DNA of 64,000 nt from Candidatus Hermodarchaeota archaeon (GTDB taxonomy: Archaea > Asgardarchaeota > Lokiarchaeia > Sigyniarchaeales > SOKP01), in NCBI GenBank assembly GCA_048885925.1, contig JBHLLG010000003.1, positions 47,323 through 111,322 on the forward strand, given 5' to 3'. Position 1 is the first letter of the stretch, and every line of letters starts with the position of its first letter. Under the pieces are notes generated by a model. It did not search any database and had not been told where the DNA came from. It worked only from the letters and a program-made list of their open reading frames with translations. A program made the position numbers and the translations under genes. Shown here in pieces: positions 62,541-64,000 of the stretch.

Positions 62541-62559
62541 TTTTTTACCTCCAAATTTA

Positions 62560-63807
62560 TTATAATTTATCAGCTTCTTCTTTTGTTGGTCCTCTAACTG
62601 AAGGAGTTAACATACGCTCGTCTACATCTTGTTTGAACTCTTGCCTACCAATAAATAACTTTAATATGTCATTTGAGCCACCTGCTATTTGCATTAATGC
62701 TCCATTCTTTAATATACCTCCAATCCCCGTTTCTTGAAGATATCCATCACCACCAACAATAAAAAGGGCATCTAAAGCCATTTCTGTTAATGATTGAGTC
62801 CCAAATATTTTAGCAGTTGAAGATTTTAATGCAAAAGTAAACATATCAGCCTCTCCAGTGTCAAGTAAATGGGCAAGATAATATATATAAACTCGTGTAA
62901 GATGCATTTTCATACTAATATTCGCCATTCTCAACTGAACTCCATTATATCGCGATATGGGTAATCCAAATTGAACTCGTCTACGACCATAAGCTCGAGC
63001 TGTTTCTAATAAATTTTTAGCAGATCCTACCACACTAGCAATCCCTAAACGCTCTATATTTAAAGCGCTGGTCATAACGGTCCATCCATCACCAGGATCC
63101 AAGATCATATTTTCTTTTGGAACCCTCACATCTCGATATCTTATAACCGAGTTAGCCATCTCAACATCACCTATAAGGTGATTTATTTTTTCTATTGTAA
63201 TCCCCGGAGTGTCAGTTGGTACTAGAAATGCTGTTAAATGGCGATAGACATTCTTCATTTCAGGATCTGTGTTTGCATAGAGCATATGGTAATCGGAAAG
63301 TGCTCCTAATGTAATATATCGTTTCCATCCGTTTAATACCCATTCATCACCATTCTCTTCAGCATGAAGCTGAATTCCTGCTGCATCATTACCCACATCT
63401 GGTTCAGTAACAGTTATGCTAGCCCACTTCTCACCTTTCACAATAGGCATTAGAAATTTTTCTTTCTGTGCATTGGTTCCAAATAAATGCACTGGTCCTG
63501 CCCCAAAAACTGAAGTGAGTAACGGGTTTACGTTTAAATTTGACCTACCAATCTCTTCATTTAAGATTGTATATCCAGAATATCCTTTATCTCGTCCACC
63601 ATATTTCTCCTCTGCTAAAACCATTAAAGGATGAAAACCTTTTTCTACGCAAAGTTTTGAAGCAATCCACTGAATTTCCATTGGATCTTTGTTTTGTTCT
63701 AAAAGTTTAGTTGTTCGTGGTACTAATTCAGTATCACAAAAGTTTTCAACCTCGTCAGCAAATTCTTTAGTTTCTTTGTCCCACCAAGGCATATAGTCAA
63801 AAGGCAT
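62560..63807 (-). CDS. Acyl-CoA dehydrogenase
   Basis: TEPDVGND, LNGWKRYIT, LNIER, RRVQFG, GGDGY, IAGGSNDI. Confidence 0.93.
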   Translation of the reverse strand: MPFDYMPWWDKETKEFADEVENFCDTELVPRTTKLLEQNKDPMEIQWIASKLCVEKGFHPLMVLAEEKYGGRDKGYSGYTILNEEIGRSNLNVNPLLTSVFGAGPVHLFGTNAQKEKFLMPIVKGEKWASITVTEPDVGNDAAGIQLHAEENGDEWVLNGWKRYITLGALSDYHMLYANTDPEMKNVYRHLTAFLVPTDTPGITIEKINHLIGDVEMANSVIRYRDVRVPKENMILDPGDGWTVMTSALNIERLGIASVVGSAKNLLETARAYGRRRVQFGLPISRYNGVQLRMANISMKMHLTRVYIYYLAHLLDTGEADMFTFALKSSTAKIFGTQSLTEMALDALFIVGGDGYLQETGIGGILKNGALMQIAGGSNDILKLFIGRQEFKQDVDERMLTPSVRGPTKEEADKL

Positions 63808-64000
63808 TTATCGGTACCCCTCCGCATTGTAATTTTTATATACATCCTTTCCCATACCAAACTTCAAGTTAACTTCTCCAATTTCATTTAAACCTTGCCA
63901 TGATATTTTTGCCAATTTTACTATTTCTCCTTCTTCATAAAGGTTCGCTAATTGCGCTTTTCCTAAAGCTTTTAATACAGGTTGAATGTCTTTCTTCTTT
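63808..64000 (-). CDS. 3' end of an upstream CDS (function unclear; winged-helix-like C-terminus)
   Basis: Open frame KKKDIQPVLKALGKAQLANLYEEGEIVKLAKISWQGLNE...GYR* whose stop abuts the ACAD start. Confidence 0.65.
   Translation of the reverse strand, partial: KKKDIQPVLKALGKAQLANLYEEGEIVKLAKISWQGLNEIGEVNLKFGMGKDVYKNYNAEGYR

Noticed and set aside
2234-63634. Other short ORFs overlapping confident genes (e.g. 2234, 3534, 5376, 5621, 6945, 8409, 10139, 23610, 26630, 29007, 29491, 35111, 41383, 42743, 45221, 46171, 46196, 50664, 51578, 52775, 56772, 58468, 59551, 61350, 62383, 62534, 63416)
   Set aside because: They overlap well-supported genes in antisense or another frame and show no recognisable motifs.
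1-64000. tRNA, rRNA or CRISPR array
   Set aside because: All intergenic gaps are short and extremely AT-rich, with no GC-rich cloverleaf and no regularly spaced identical repeats. This was judged by eye only.

Overview
A very AT-rich, gene-dense 64 kb archaeal chromosomal segment. It is most likely from an Asgard archaeon (Lokiarchaeia-like). This is inferred from TFB, proteasome alpha, archaeal RFC and PolB2 occurring with a Rab-like GTPase, longin/uDENN-like domains and many beta-oxidation paralogues. I saw no rRNA, tRNA, CRISPR array, transposase or integrase. Most notable: (1) a split PolB2 'mutasome-like' module (PolB2, small partner protein, inactive RadA-like protein). Both large proteins end in PCNA-binding (PIP-like) motifs, and the two promoters share an AGTTTCAT element and similar leader sequences with tiny uORFs. 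(2) A ~1780 aa protein built of ~120 aa helical-bundle plus charged-helix repeats, next to a Rab-like GTPase that has no canonical start codon. (3) A response-regulator receiver fused to a uDENN/longin-like domain, and a 7TM + longin gene pair. (4) A three-subunit RFC operon with a degenerate second small subunit. (5) Several unannotated Cys-rich microproteins and candidate operators. All family calls come from motif recognition by eye; no database searches were run.
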